64,000 bases of DNA, from the NCBI GenBank assembly GCA_013265495.1, contig MU057999.1:930001-994000 (forward strand), in the 5' to 3' direction. The notes beneath the pieces were generated by a model. That model saw only the letters and a list, made by a program, of their open reading frames with translations. It had not been told where the DNA came from and did not search any database. This DNA comes from Vicugna vicugna (lineage: Eukaryota). Of this stretch, positions 48,536-60,122 are shown one piece after another. A program made the position numbers and the translations under genes. How positions within the stretch are numbered: position 1 is the stretch's first letter; each line of letters starts with the position of its first letter.

Positions 48536-48776
48536 GGGGTGGCCCTGGATACAACACAAAATGCCCAGTTAAATTCCAGTTGCAGATCAACAATGAATTA
48601 CTTTTTGGTATAAGTATGTCTCGAATGGATTTCTCACAAAGAATGAATTTTCAGTATAAGTATATCCCATGCAATATTTGGGACATACTTATGCTGAGAC
48701 AAATCACTCGTTTGTCTGAAATTCAGAGCCACTTGGGTGGGCATCTCGTGTTTCCTTTGCTAAATCCCACAAGCCG
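48536..48776. mobile_element. MER53 palindromic MITE with internal duplication
   Basis: 'gcccagttaaatt...cagatcaacaatgaa...tataagtat.tcccatgcaatatttgggacatacttat...cgtttgtctgaaattca...ttgctaaatc'. Confidence 0.9.
48651..48698 (+). ncRNA. miR-1302-like hairpin inside MER53 (expression unknown)
   Basis: 48678-48698 ttgggacatacttatgctgag versus recalled miR-1302 UUGGGACAUACUUAUGCUAAA (19/21); 19-bp stem with one G:U and one mismatch. Confidence 0.3.
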
Positions 48777-50344
48777 ACCAGAAGAGGGCTGCCCCTCCTG
48801 AAGGGGTAGTCGGGGTCTTGTGAATGGAGCTGAGTTTTACTGAGTTCCTTGAATTTGTAAGGCAGCCTCAGCTGACCGTTTCCTCTCAAGGAATCTCTTG
48901 TACCACGGTCAGTGGCCCCGGGTAGGCGAGGTGCTGCCTTATTATCTCCTGTGTCCAAATAGGAAGCGCATCCTTCAACTGATCTAGAGAAACCTCATGA
49001 TTCATCCCCGCACATCCTTCTTTCAGCGTCTGAACGGCTCCCCACGCCAAGGAGCAAATGCTGGACCATTGAATTACTGTTAAAGAGGTTAACTCCTAGG
49101 ATTTCATTTTCTTGTTTATATTCTGCTCTCCTATCAGAAAGAAAGTGGAATATCTGAGCCCTCCCTTCACTATATTTTGGCAGTTTTCTCTCTAATCTTT
49201 TAACTGTTAGTAAACCAGGCTCAGGATTAGTCAAGGCTCAAATGGGGCTCTTTTAATGCACAAATACCCATCTCAGAGTGTGAAACCCCCATGAGGCCAG
49301 AACCTGGAGTAAAGAGTCTCCTTCACATGAGCTGTCTCATTTTCCTCCCTCCACTCTTTCTGCTCCGACTTGCCGGTCAGCAGCGGGTCTCGCTGATCTC
49401 CCTGTCTGGGGAGGCATCTTTCCCGTATCTGGCTGGGGATGCCCTGTGGACTCCCCGCCCTCTCCCATGTAAGGACCTGCTCCATCTTCACTCCAAGAAT
49501 TCCCAAGATGCATCCCTTGGGTGGAAGCGTCTTGCATCCGTAGAGATACAGCTGCTTCTGTACCGATGGTGCCTTGAGGCTGGTTGGTCCCTTGTACCTC
49601 AGATTGTGCTCCATAGGTCCTTTCCTGAGTTAGTGCCTGGGGAGGAGGACGTGGGAGAGAGGCTGACCTGCGTGTGCCCTGAAGCCGGGGGTGAGTGGAG
49701 GACAGCGAGGGGGGAGCATGTCGGCTGGCTTCCCGGTGATCCCGCACCAGCCTGTCCTGGAGTCTCCCCGGCACTCTGTGCTTCCCAAGCTTGTCCTGAG
49801 AGTGAGTAGGGCAGTCCCAGGTTGGCAGGCAGGTATTGCAAAATGAATGTCCTGAGGAGTGAATTTATTAGGAAATGGATTCTAATTAAAACAGAATTTG
49901 CCTCACTTTCAAGCCACTAATTAAAGAAAAAAAAAAAAAGGGTTCTGCCTACAGTCACTGCAGCTCCCCAGAAGGTCAAAGGGGTGGATGTTTCTGTATG
50001 TCACAAGTGTGTGCAGGGAGTTTGGTGCTGTCATGGCCACTGTAACGAGTAAAGGCCGTGAAAGTGATAAGAACCACCTCCTGAGGGCTTGCAAAAGTGA
50101 TGGAGCCGTGCTCTCCTGGAGCAGAGTAGCTGTTCCTGCCCCTACCCTGAGGGACCAGTGCCCATGGATGCAGGCTAGCATCTTGCCCTGGGCAAGCAGC
50201 AGAGGAACATCATTCCACCTGGTGTCAGCTGTGCCCAAGGTGCTGCAGAGCAGAGAGGCTAAGAACACCAGCATCCTGGTCTGAGAGAACCCAAGTTCAT
50301 CATTGCAATTCCGCTTACTTTTTTTAGACTCTGGTTTAATACAG

Positions 50345-50512
50345 GGCACGTGACTTCACCTCTTTGAGTCTTAGTTTCCTGGCCTGTAAATGAAAGTAAT
50401 TAGATTCGTTTCATAGGGCTGTTGGAAAGAGGAAGCAAGATAACATAGGCAAAGGTCCCAGCATAATGTCTGTCCTAGTAAATGTTTAATAAATGGTACT
50501 GATGATTATTAG
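50345..50512 (+). mobile_element. MIR SINE 3' half
   Basis: 'gtgacttcacctctttgagtcttagtttcct..cctgtaaatg...tcatagggctgtt...tagtaaatgtttaataaatggta'. Confidence 0.85.
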
Positions 50513-50988
50513 AAAACATATTAATTAGGTCTGCAGTGTCTTAACACATTTGGTTGTTTTTAAAATAATGCCTTCTAAGCTAAAATAAGCTGCCTGCTTA
50601 ATTCAGCTGTATTCTTAGCTCATGCATTGCAGTATAGATTACTCTCTTTCCTGAAATGTTTTCCTCCTACATTTTCACCTTTTGTGTTTTCTTTCCTTGA
50701 TGTGTCTAATCTCTTGACGCAGCTTGGAAAGAAGGCTGAGTATGAACGAGATAGGTGATTAGTTGTTCAGGAGATGCCTACAAAATCCTGAGGAATTTAA
50801 TGTTACTGTCACACAGAGGATCTCAAAATGTGCTCCGTGGACCCCTAGGAGATCATTTTAGGGGATCTTCAAGGGCAGAACTATTTTCATAACAAAACTT
50901 ACATGCCATTTGCCTGTTTCGCTGTGTTGATGTTTGCACAGATGGTGGGTAAAACTTGAATCTACCTAAATATGGAGCTGGTATTCTT

Positions 50989-51295
50989 TATTTTTAATTG
51001 AAGTATAGTCAGTTTACAGTGTGTCAATTTCTGGTGTACAGCATAATGTTTCAGTCATATATATACATATATATTCATTTTCATATTCCTTTTCATTATA
51101 GGTTACTGTAAGATACTGAATATAGTTCCCTGTGTTATGCAGGATAAACTTGTTTATCTATTTTGTATCACTCATATGTGGAATCTAAAAAAGAAGACAC
51201 TAATAAACTTTTCTACAAAACAGACTCATAGACATAATAAACTTATGGTTATTGGGGGGAAATGGGGTGGGAAGGGATAAATTAGGAGTTGGGGA
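50989..51295 (-). mobile_element. Short 5'-inverted young L1 with 13-bp TSD
   Basis: TSD agctggtattctt at 50976-50988 and 51296-51308; minus-strand 3' end to ~51168, then a plus-strand upstream 3'UTR piece. Confidence 0.92.
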
Positions 51296-51336
51296 AGCTG
51301 GTATTCTTAATTCTTGCCTTAGTAAGAATTAAAGGA

Positions 51337-52184
51337 ATTCCAAGACTATGTTGAGTAGAAGTGGTGAGAGTGGGCATCCTTGTCATGTTTGGTGGGAATG
51401 CTTTCAGTTTTTCACCATTGAGTATTATGCTGGCAGTGGGCTTATCACAAATAGCTTGTATTATGTTGAGATTTGTTCCATCTATACTCACTTTGGTAAG
51501 AGTTTTTGTCGTAAATGGGGGTTGATTTTTGTCAGATGCTTTTTCTGCATCTATTAGATGATCATGTAATTTTTGTCCTATCTTTTGTTGATATGGTGTA
51601 TCACATTGATTGATCTGAGTATGTTGAAAGAACCATCCTTGTGTCCCTGGGAAGAATCCAACTTGATCATGGTGTATGATCTTTTTTATGTGCTGTTGGA
51701 TTCTGTTTGCTAATATTTTGTTGAGGATTTCTGCATCTATGTTTATCAATGATATCGACCTGTAAAATTTTCTATTTTGGTAGTGCCTTTATCTGGTTTT
51801 GGTATCAGAGTGATGGTGGCTTCATAGAATGAGTTTGGGAGTACTCTCTCCTTTTCAGTCTTTTGGAAGAGTTTGAGAAGGATTGGTATGAGTTCTTCTT
51901 TGTATGTTTGTTTGAATTCCCTGGATTTTGGTTTGTAGGGAGGCACTATATATAATAGCCAAGACGTGGAAACAACCTAAATGTCCATCAACAGGTGAGT
52001 GGATAAAGAAATTGTGGTATATTTATACAATGGAATACTACTCAGCCATAAAAAAGAATAAAATATTGCCATTGCAGCAACATGAATGGACCTTGAGATC
52101 ATCATTCTCAGTGAAATAAGCGAGAAAGGGAAAGAAAAATACTGTATAATAACACTCGTATTTGGAATCTAAAAATGTGTATGT

Positions 52185-52227
<43 letters not shown>

Positions 52228-52558
52228 ACAAAAAAACACATATACAAAACAGAAACAGACTCACAGACATAGTAAACAATCTTATGGTTACTAGGGGAAA
52301 AGGAGTGGGAAGGGATAAATTTGTTTGAGAGTTTGAGATTTGCAAATGTTAGCCACTATATAAAATATAAATATAAAAATAGATTAAAAAACCAACATTT
52401 TTTTTCTGTGTAGCATAGGGATCTATATTCAATATCTTGTAATAATCGTTAATGAAAAAGAACATGAAAACAGATACATATGTGTATCTGCCTGACTGAG
52501 ACATTGTGCTGTACACTAGAAGACACATTGTAACTGACTGTACTTCAATTTAAAAAAA
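51337..52558 (+). mobile_element. 5'-inverted young L1 with 13-bp TSD and polyA
   Basis: TSD aagaattaaagga at 51324-51336 and 52559-52571; minus 51337-51943 encodes RT-region ORF2 ([30 protein letters not shown]); plus 51943-52558 encodes the ORF2 C-terminus ([35 protein letters not shown]) and 3'UTR. Confidence 0.95.
52176..52224. repeat. (TG/TA)n to (TA)n microsatellite inside the L1 3'UTR
   Basis: Directly visible; pure TA run ~52194-52224. Confidence 0.95.
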
Positions 52559-53699
52559 AAGAATTAAAGGAGTTGCACCAAAGTTTCTTAGTAACCCTTC
52601 CGTCCTTTACTAATAGCCACTCAAACTAACAAAATGTTACCAGTTTCACTTAAGAATGTCCTTGATGAAGTAGTAGAAGTTAACAGTTTTTTAAATTGAA
52701 GTCTTGATTCTTTAGTTCATGTCCTTTTAATATTCTGTGTGATGAAATGGTAAGTTCAAATAAAAAACTTCTGCTGCAAACTGAAGTATCATGCTTGTCT
52801 CAAGGAGAAGCACTCATGATTATTTAAGTTGCAGGCTGAACTAGCCACTTTTTTCATGGAACATCATTTTCTTTTTTTTTTACTTGAAAGAACAACAGAC
52901 ATACAGATTATGGCTATTCAGATGTGGATATTTGGCAGAGATTTTCGTGACAATGAAAGGAGCAAGCATTATCCAAGGAAAACAGTTGGAAATAGTGGTT
53001 GCTAGTGATAACGGTAAAATTTGAGCTTTCAAGTGAAAATTAGAGTTTTGGGAAACTTGACAGTTTCCCATTATTTTAGAGATTATACTTTAATGAATAT
53101 AGTTTTTTTTGATACTGTATGATGTGTCAGTTTTGGAAGACCTGCATAATTCATTGTACTGATATTTATATGCCAAATGACTAGTATGTGACTAAATCAA
53201 ACATAAGTGAAAGTTCCATGAAAAATTCAAAATAGACAAGTGTGTTTTAATGCAATATTAATGCAAAATTTTCTTTGTTTAGGTGTAGGATTTTACATTT
53301 GCAACTCAACTTCCTGATTTTTGCTGTAGTATTAAGGAATAGCCTCAGTTATCTGAAAAGGCTACTCCAGTGCCCTTCCCTCTTCCAACTACATGTCTGT
53401 GTGAGGTAGATTTACTTCATATATTTCAACCAAAATAATGTATAACATCAGGTGGAATGCAGAAGCACAAGTGTGGATCCAGCTGTCTTCTAGTGAACCG
53501 AACTTAAGGAGATTTGAAAAACTGTAAAGCAATGCCAGTCTTCTCACTTTGGTTGAAAATATAGTTATTTTTCATAAAATGTGTTATTTGTGTTCACATG
53601 TAATGAGTCCATTGTTGGGGTTCTCAATAATTTTTAAGATTGTAAAAGGCCATTGAGCCCCCCCACTCCACAATTTGAGAACAGCTCCTCTAGCACATG

Positions 53700-53890
53700 C
53701 TTTGCTCTTTCTGAACTATAGCCCTACCTGCATTTATTGTAATTATTGTTGTATGTGCCTCGTTCCCTCCATGGACATATAAGCTCACTGAGAACAGCTT
53801 ATTACTTGTGTTTGTATCCCCAGTGACCAGCACATGGCAGGGCAGGTGGTAGATGTTTGGTGAATATTTAATGAATGGGTTGATAAATGT
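53700..53890 (+). mobile_element. LINE-2 3' end
   Basis: 'ttattgtaattattgtt..atgtgcct...tataagctcactgagaacag...tttgtatccccagtgaccagcaca...aatatttaatgaatg'. Confidence 0.8.
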
Positions 53891-53979
53891 TAGATTGTCT
53901 CTCCATCTATAAAAGTGGGATCTGTTGGCGCAGAGTCACTTGAAATGATATCAGGTTATGACTTCAAACTCTACTATCC

Positions 53980-54328
53980 AAGAGACCTGGGTTCCCATCG
54001 ACACCTTCCCCCTTGGCATCTGTGTAGTAATTAGAGTAAGTTACTTGATTTCTAGTCTAAGGAATTCATCCTCTGGTGGAGAAATACAAATTCTCCAGCC
54101 CCAGCCCAGAATTACTGAATCAGAAACTCTGGAAATGGGCCCAGCCATTCAGGTTGTAACAGGCTCTCCAAGTTATTCTGATGCACCTTGAAATTTGAGA
54201 ACTTCTAACTGCCTTTTATCCTCCTGTAAAATGGATGATGGAAGTCTTACTTCTGAGGATGCTGACAGATCACATGAGATGATACCCATAAGGAGCTTAG
54301 CAGTAGCAATGCTTCAACACTCAGTGAG
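53980..54328 (+). mobile_element. MIR SINE split by a MER5A-type MITE
   Basis: 'agacctgggttc...taagttacttga' before and 'cctcctgtaaaatgga...gatcacatgagatgat' after the MITE. Confidence 0.7.
54055..54208. mobile_element. MER5A-type hAT MITE (partial)
   Basis: 'tactgaatcagaaactctgg..atgggcccagc...taacaggctctccaagttattctgatgcac.ttgaaatttgagaac'. Confidence 0.85.
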
Positions 54329-55162
54329 CAGGACCCGATTTCATTTGAAAGGACAAGAAAGCCTGGACTGTTTTACATCTCACTGGACCACTTCCTCGTC
54401 CACAGCCCCAGCCCTGGCTCATATTCTGTGGTCTCGAGCTCAGGGTGAGGAGTGTGGCTGAGTTGGAGAGAGGGCAGAGGGGTCCAGGAGGCCAAGGAAG
54501 GATGGTGTGCAGCCAGCCCCCTGAGCCTTCTGTCCCCTTTTTCCTCCTTGACAAAAGTCTGCTGACCTTTAACCCTGCAGGTTCACTAGTCCTACCTTAG
54601 GAGGGACAGCGCACAGCAGTTCAGTGAATTCCAAGAGAGGTGGTGATGGAGGGAGAGAGAGGAAGAGGAGTGACAGCTCAGAGAGAGGTTGACAGAGGAG
54701 ACGTGCTGGGCAGATGAGAGCAGGTCACCTTTGCAGATGGCAGCTGGGGACGCAGAAGGTGAGATGCTGTCATTCCAAACTACAGCTTGACGAAGGGAAT
54801 GAATCAGCGCCTTGGCAGGCAGGTACCTGAGCTTCCCGTGTCACGGTCTGTCTTATCAGAGGCCCCATTCCTGCGACCCTATTCAAGGTCCATTGACATC
54901 TGTAAGTCCTCTCGTTAATTGGAAACGCATTGAACTGCACAGGCAGCAAAAGCCCATTGAGGGTCCAAGGCTGACCCTTAACTCTTCACTGCCTACAGCT
55001 CTCAGCTTTGTATACCCGAGCCCTCCGGGAGCAGGATGCTTCCTCTCTGGCACACAGATTCATTCACTGATTCACTCGCTCATTCATTTCCCTTGTTCAC
55101 TTGTTCCTTCCCTTAACAAATGTTTGTTCACATCCTTGAGGCAGCCTCTTTTCACTCTAGAC

Positions 55163-55366
55163 CAGTGGTTCTTAAACAGAAGAGGCGATTTTTTTCCCTC
55201 TTCCCCTCTGGGGAACGTTTGTCTTTTGATGGTCAAAATGGGAGGCTATGTGGGCACATAGGGGTAAAGATGATGCCACGAAACATCCTATGATGTGCAG
55301 GACAGCTTCCCACAATGAAGAACTATTTGGCCCCAAATGTCAATAGCGTTGAGGTCAAGAACCCTG
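55163..55366 (+). mobile_element. MER20 hAT-Charlie MITE
   Basis: 'cagtggttctt...aaacatcctatgatgtgcaggacagc..cccacaatgaagaactatttggccccaaatgtcaatag...agaaccctg'. Confidence 0.9.
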
Positions 55367-56189
55367 TGCTAAATGGAAGATGGCTATTCCAGGGTTACTA
55401 GGGGAGTGAGTAGGTGATGGAGACAGCAGATCTCAACCTCTGTTGTCAAGGTGAAGAACTAGACTATGGAATGAGGCTTGAAGAGGGAGCCTGGGGAAAC
55501 TGGACTGTTCTCTTTAAGAGTCAGTGCAGGACGAGAGCTCTAGTACTGGGGAAGGTAGGTTGAGGTCCCAGGGAGGGAGAGAAGAATGCTTCCTTTAGTC
55601 TGCCCCTTAAGGCTCCCTTTGAGTTGTAGAAAGTCTCTCCTCTCCCCAAAGGCCCTGGACCTCAGGCGGTATCCTGGAACATAATGGGAGCAGAGTAATT
55701 AACTTGTCACCATGTCCACCACGCCGTGCACGCGGAGGAGCCTGGTGACAGTGCTCGGCAGTGGGCATTGTGTTCCTGGGCCCCTGGCCTCCACACCAGG
55801 GCTTCGGGGTCCTTGATTATGAGGCCATTGTATCTTCCATTTCTCCCAGCTCCGTGCTTCCTCAAGTGAGCGTCTGTCTCAGGAGATGATGGAATAGCTC
55901 AGATGCCCCACCGATAGTTGCTTCACTCCTGCTTCCTCCCTCTGTGGGCTTGGTTCTAAGTACACATTTCTGGAAGGTGTGGGGACCTGTCGAGCTAGAG
56001 TTCTAGCCCCATGGATGCTTCTTTATAGGCTCAAAAGTAGTCCGTCACTCTGGAGAAGGTGGCTCTGGCCATCATGTTCCACTAGCTTTTTGGGGATCTA
56101 AATGGAGCAACTTTGGGCCAGATTCTCTGTGGGGATAGATACAGGAATTCAGGGTTCACGGACTAACTTTTGGACCTTTGAACTCTTGG

Positions 56190-56226
56190 TGCTTGGAGAA
56201 CTGCTCTTCCTGCTTGGAGAACTGCT
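56190..56226. repeat. 16-bp exact direct repeat (tgcttggagaactgct x2, 5-bp spacer)
   Basis: Copies at 56190-56205 and 56211-56226. Confidence 0.95.
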
Positions 56227-58378
56227 TGGGAAACAAAAGCTGGCTGGTCCCTGAGTTCACAGTGTCTTTCTGCTGTGAGCTTCCTGTGATACTCCAGGAC
56301 AAGCACCCCAAGGGGCCCCCCTAAGGAAGTGAAGCCTACTGTCCTCTTCCATTTGAACCTTCCCAGCCAATGCGTTCCCTTTGGAGTTGAAGCTCTTGTG
56401 CAGTGAATTTCCTGTGACTTGCGTTTGAACTGATAAAAAGCATTGACTAAGAATGAATTAGAGGCAATGATACAGGGACGAGTGCACGCCATCGTGTTTG
56501 TGTGACCGACGTGGGTGGCTAATGGAGAGTCTTCGAGGATGAGATTCTGAAGCTTTTGTCTTACGTGCTGACTTGAATGGCTAACCTTCAAGTTAGATGT
56601 TTTCTCCTGTGAAACCACTGGAAACGCAATGACCATCTACAGCCATTGTGAATTCTGTAAAAGAGAAGATACCTTAACCCGACCTCCCAAAGTGGCAAGG
56701 GTAGAATAAAAGACTGTCCTTTTGAGGAAAATGAACTTACCTTTATTAAAACGTATTGCATTGTTCATATTTTGGTCATCACACTGCAGATTAACAATGA
56801 AGGTCATGGGCACTGTCTTCCCAGGGCCATCCTCTCCCCATGGGAAAGTGTGTGCCCTTTGATTACGAGGGTGTGGTGACTGCTTCTTGCAGCTTCGGGC
56901 CTCTACTCATTCATGACCGTTGGCCTCAGAACCTCTGATCCACTTACGGCGAATGATGGAGTAACTCCAGTATCCAACCACCAAGTGTATTTGGGTCTTT
57001 TTATCCTATGCTGTTTCCAGGGCTTTGTTATCTTGGAGAATGGCCAAAAGGAAGGGAGATAAGGAATCTGACAAGCTAGCCTGGAGAGGGTCACTTCATT
57101 GCAGCCCACCCTTCCTCTGGGTCTGGGTCCTAACCACCTCCACTTCTTCCCAAAGCGTATTTATTTATTTTTTTGAAAAACAAGGTAGACAAGGACACCA
57201 AGGTAGTTATTCCCTAACAATAACTGTCCCCCACCCCACCCTCTGCCAGCCTCCTTCCTACCGCTCCATTAATGATTTAGTCCCGTGGAAGTTTCCCCTT
57301 AGAAATTTAGAAATGGCTCAAGCAATAGCTGTCATCTTTCTAAATCATTTTGGATCATGGCTTCAAGATTGATTAACACCTTCTCTCCTGTTTCTCCCCA
57401 CCTGCAGGCATCTTTGAGAGCAACACTCTGAAAAGATGACAACAGTAGGGACCTACGTAATTCATAAATGGCTTTGACTGTGTGGGTTTTGATGAGGCAA
57501 TATGGAAAATGATTGCATTAAGCATTGCTATTTATTTACTTGACTTTGTACAGGACCATCAATTTGTTCCCATTCCGTGCCTCCTGTCAGGATGTTAAAC
57601 GGCCGAGAAGGCAGGCTGGATGCATTACCTCATTGCTCTAAGAGATGCTGTCACTTCTCAAATCACTTTAGATTGTTTTTAATAACAGCATCTTTCATTC
57701 CTGTCCACCGAGGAGGTGGAGAGTCTCCCTCCACAGAGAACAGGACGCTGAGGAAGGTGAGGTCCAACCAGGAAACGATGAGCTCATTTTGCCTTGAACT
57801 CTATGGAAATTCTGTTTCCTGGGTCAGATATCAGCAATTTCATGCAGGTCAACCTAATAGTTTCACACATGCCTTTGCCAGGATGGAGTTCATCTGTACT
57901 AGGAAGGAAGGAAAGGGTCCTAGGTGAGCATTTAGGAAAAAAATCCCAATCCTTGCAGACACAGCTGGTCAATATTCAGTCCTGGTCATGGCAAACATCG
58001 CACTGGGGTTATGTAAAAAGATGGCAGGTCAGAGGCTGAACGGGATGGGCCTCATGGGGCAGTGCCCGCATCTCTGGTGTGTGTTGATTGAATGTTTTTG
58101 GAAGTTTTGGAAAATTGATCAGAGTGATAGATAGTGCCTTCAAGATGGCCTCTGAGTTTGAATAAGCTCTGGAAATCAGGCTTCTGGGTTTGAGGAAAAG
58201 GCGGTAGAGAAAGAGAAAAATAAAAAGTTTGTGTTTGGTTTAAGAGGTGAAGAGTGGAAGAGGGAAGTTTCTTAAACACTGGCTTGAATATGAGTTTAGG
58301 CTCTTGTCAGCTCTGTAGCCTGGTCATGGTGTCTCCCAGGACTGGCTTTTTTCTTCATCTATAAAACTGTAAGATTAG

Positions 58379-58846
58379 TTTGATGGTTACTTTTTACTCT
58401 GTCAACTTGGCTAGGCCACGGTATCAGATATTTGGTCAGATATTATTCTCGCTGTCTCTGTGAAGGTTTTTTAAGATGAGATTAACATTTAAATCAGTAG
58501 ACTTTGAAACAAATTACCTTCCATAATGAGGGTGGGCCTCATCTAATCAGTTGAAGACATATTAAAAAAAAAGACTGACATCCCCCAAGAAAGAGAGAAT
58601 TCTGCTAGTAGACTGCCTTTGGACTTGAATCCTTACTCTCCTCTAGGTGTTCATTCTCTAGGGAAATGTTAGCTCTCCCCTTCTGGCCTATCCGGCATAT
58701 TTTGGACTTGCCAGCCTCACAACTGCATGAACCAATTCCTCAAAATCACTGTCGCTGTCTCTCTCTACACACACACACACACACACACACATGCATGCAC
58801 ACACTTTACTGGTTCTGTTTCTCTGAACAGCTCTGATAGCTCTACA
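58379..58846 (+). mobile_element. ERVL solo LTR (MLT2D-like) containing (CA)n
   Basis: 'tgtcaacttggctaggccac', 'gatgagattaacatttaaatcagtagact', 'gtgggcctcatctaatcagttgaag', 'tggttctgtttctctg'. Confidence 0.9.
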
Positions 58847-59707
58847 GTGGATAAAATAATGTTCAAATTATCCCACTCATTCATTCAAAGCTGAGGCATC
58901 TCCTCTGGGTCTGCCCTGGCACAAGGTACTTTGACATTAACTTAACCTCTAGGAGTCCACACCTGTCTCATCGACTGCTAGGTCCCCAGTTCCCTGCATG
59001 GCACCTAGCTCACAATTTGTTCTATTACTTTTTCTTTTTAAGCCTTTAAATTTGGGGTCCCAGAGGAGTGGGGCTTGGCTGGGAACTGGAGCAGAATGAA
59101 GGTGGAACAAAAAGATGGATGCAGTGTCTTCAGAGACCTGGGAAGCCTGGTGTGTAGGGAAAAATTCAGAGAGCTCCAGGGAGATGCTAGAAAGGTCTGG
59201 ATGGACATGCTGTGGACTCTGCATCTTGCTTCACTCTGCCCTGGAGGGCACAGATGGCCTCACACACAGGTGAAGGAGGGTGACTACCTCGGAGCGTGGC
59301 CAGCTCAACCTACCAGTGTTGTACCAATAACCCCTGTCACCTGTGGGAAGCCTGAGACTTCCCGCGGTGCTAGCTGGCAGGGGCGTTAGCTCACTGGATC
59401 TTCACAGATTTATTATAAAAGATTTACATTATATACATATTTATTGTTCTTTTTTTTTTCCAGACGCAACACAATTTCCACAAACACTGCATATTTATTC
59501 CTTATAACTCAAATTTATTATAGATTCAATTTTCTTTTTCTCTGCATGGGTCTCATCCTCTCCTTTCTGAGTATTTACCTGATTTTAGAAAAAGGCATCC
59601 ATTTGTTCTGATGTATCTCATTTCCTTACGCCTCCTTATGCCCTACGTCCTGCAGAATATGCCGCTGGCTTTCACTTTTGTTCAAGTAAATTAAATATTT
59701 TAATATA

Positions 59708-60122
59708 CAGTTGGCCCTTTGTATCTGCAGGTTCTCCATCCATGGATTCAATAAACCGTGGATCAAAAATATCTGGAAAAAAAATTCCAGAAAGTTCAAA
59801 AAGCAAAACTTGAATTCGTCATGCACTGGCAACTGTTTACATAGAGTTTACATTGTATTTACAACTACTTACATAGCATTTAAATTATATTAGGTGTTAT
59901 ACACGGAAGAATATATATGTATATAACTGAATCACTATACTGTACACCAGAAATTAAGACAACATTGTAAATCAACTATGCTTCAATATAAAAAAATGGG
60001 AGGATGTGCATTGGTTATATGCAAATACTACATCATTTTGTATAAGGGATTTGAGAATCTGCTGATTTTGGTATCTGCGGGGCTCCTGAAACCAATCCCC
60101 TGCAGTATCTGACGGATGACTA
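59708..60122. mobile_element. Tigger3/MER2-type TcMar MITE interrupted by an L1 tip
   Basis: TA|cagttggccct...gact; 'aattccagaaagttcaaaaagcaaaacttgaatt'; paralogous to 15483-15799. Confidence 0.9.
59903..59996 (+). mobile_element. Extreme 3' tip of a young L1
   Basis: 'tataactgaatcactatactgtacaccagaaattaagacaacattgtaaatcaactatgcttcaatataaaaaaa' is the reverse complement of the other young L1 ends. Confidence 0.9.

Larger units (their letters stand above)
50814..53687 (+). mobile_element. Charlie1a-like hAT DNA transposon, interrupted by two L1s
   Basis: Degenerate TIRs cagaggatctcaaa / tttgagaacagctc; 'ccagtttcacttaagaatgtccttgatgaag'; 52768-52809 translates LLLQTEVSCLSQGE, resembling the hAT motif LLHTEVRWLSRG. 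Confidence 0.88.

Noticed and set aside
49291..49809. 172-aa ATG-initiated ORF with a hydrophobic N-terminus
   Set aside because: No recognisable family, and the distal part appears to overlap decayed L2-like sequence.
51282..52119. Functional reverse transcriptase or domesticated L1/hAT gene
   Set aside because: Frameshifted, inverted fragments lacking the catalytic FADD motif. The neighbouring Charlie transposase remnant is also broken by stops and frameshifts.
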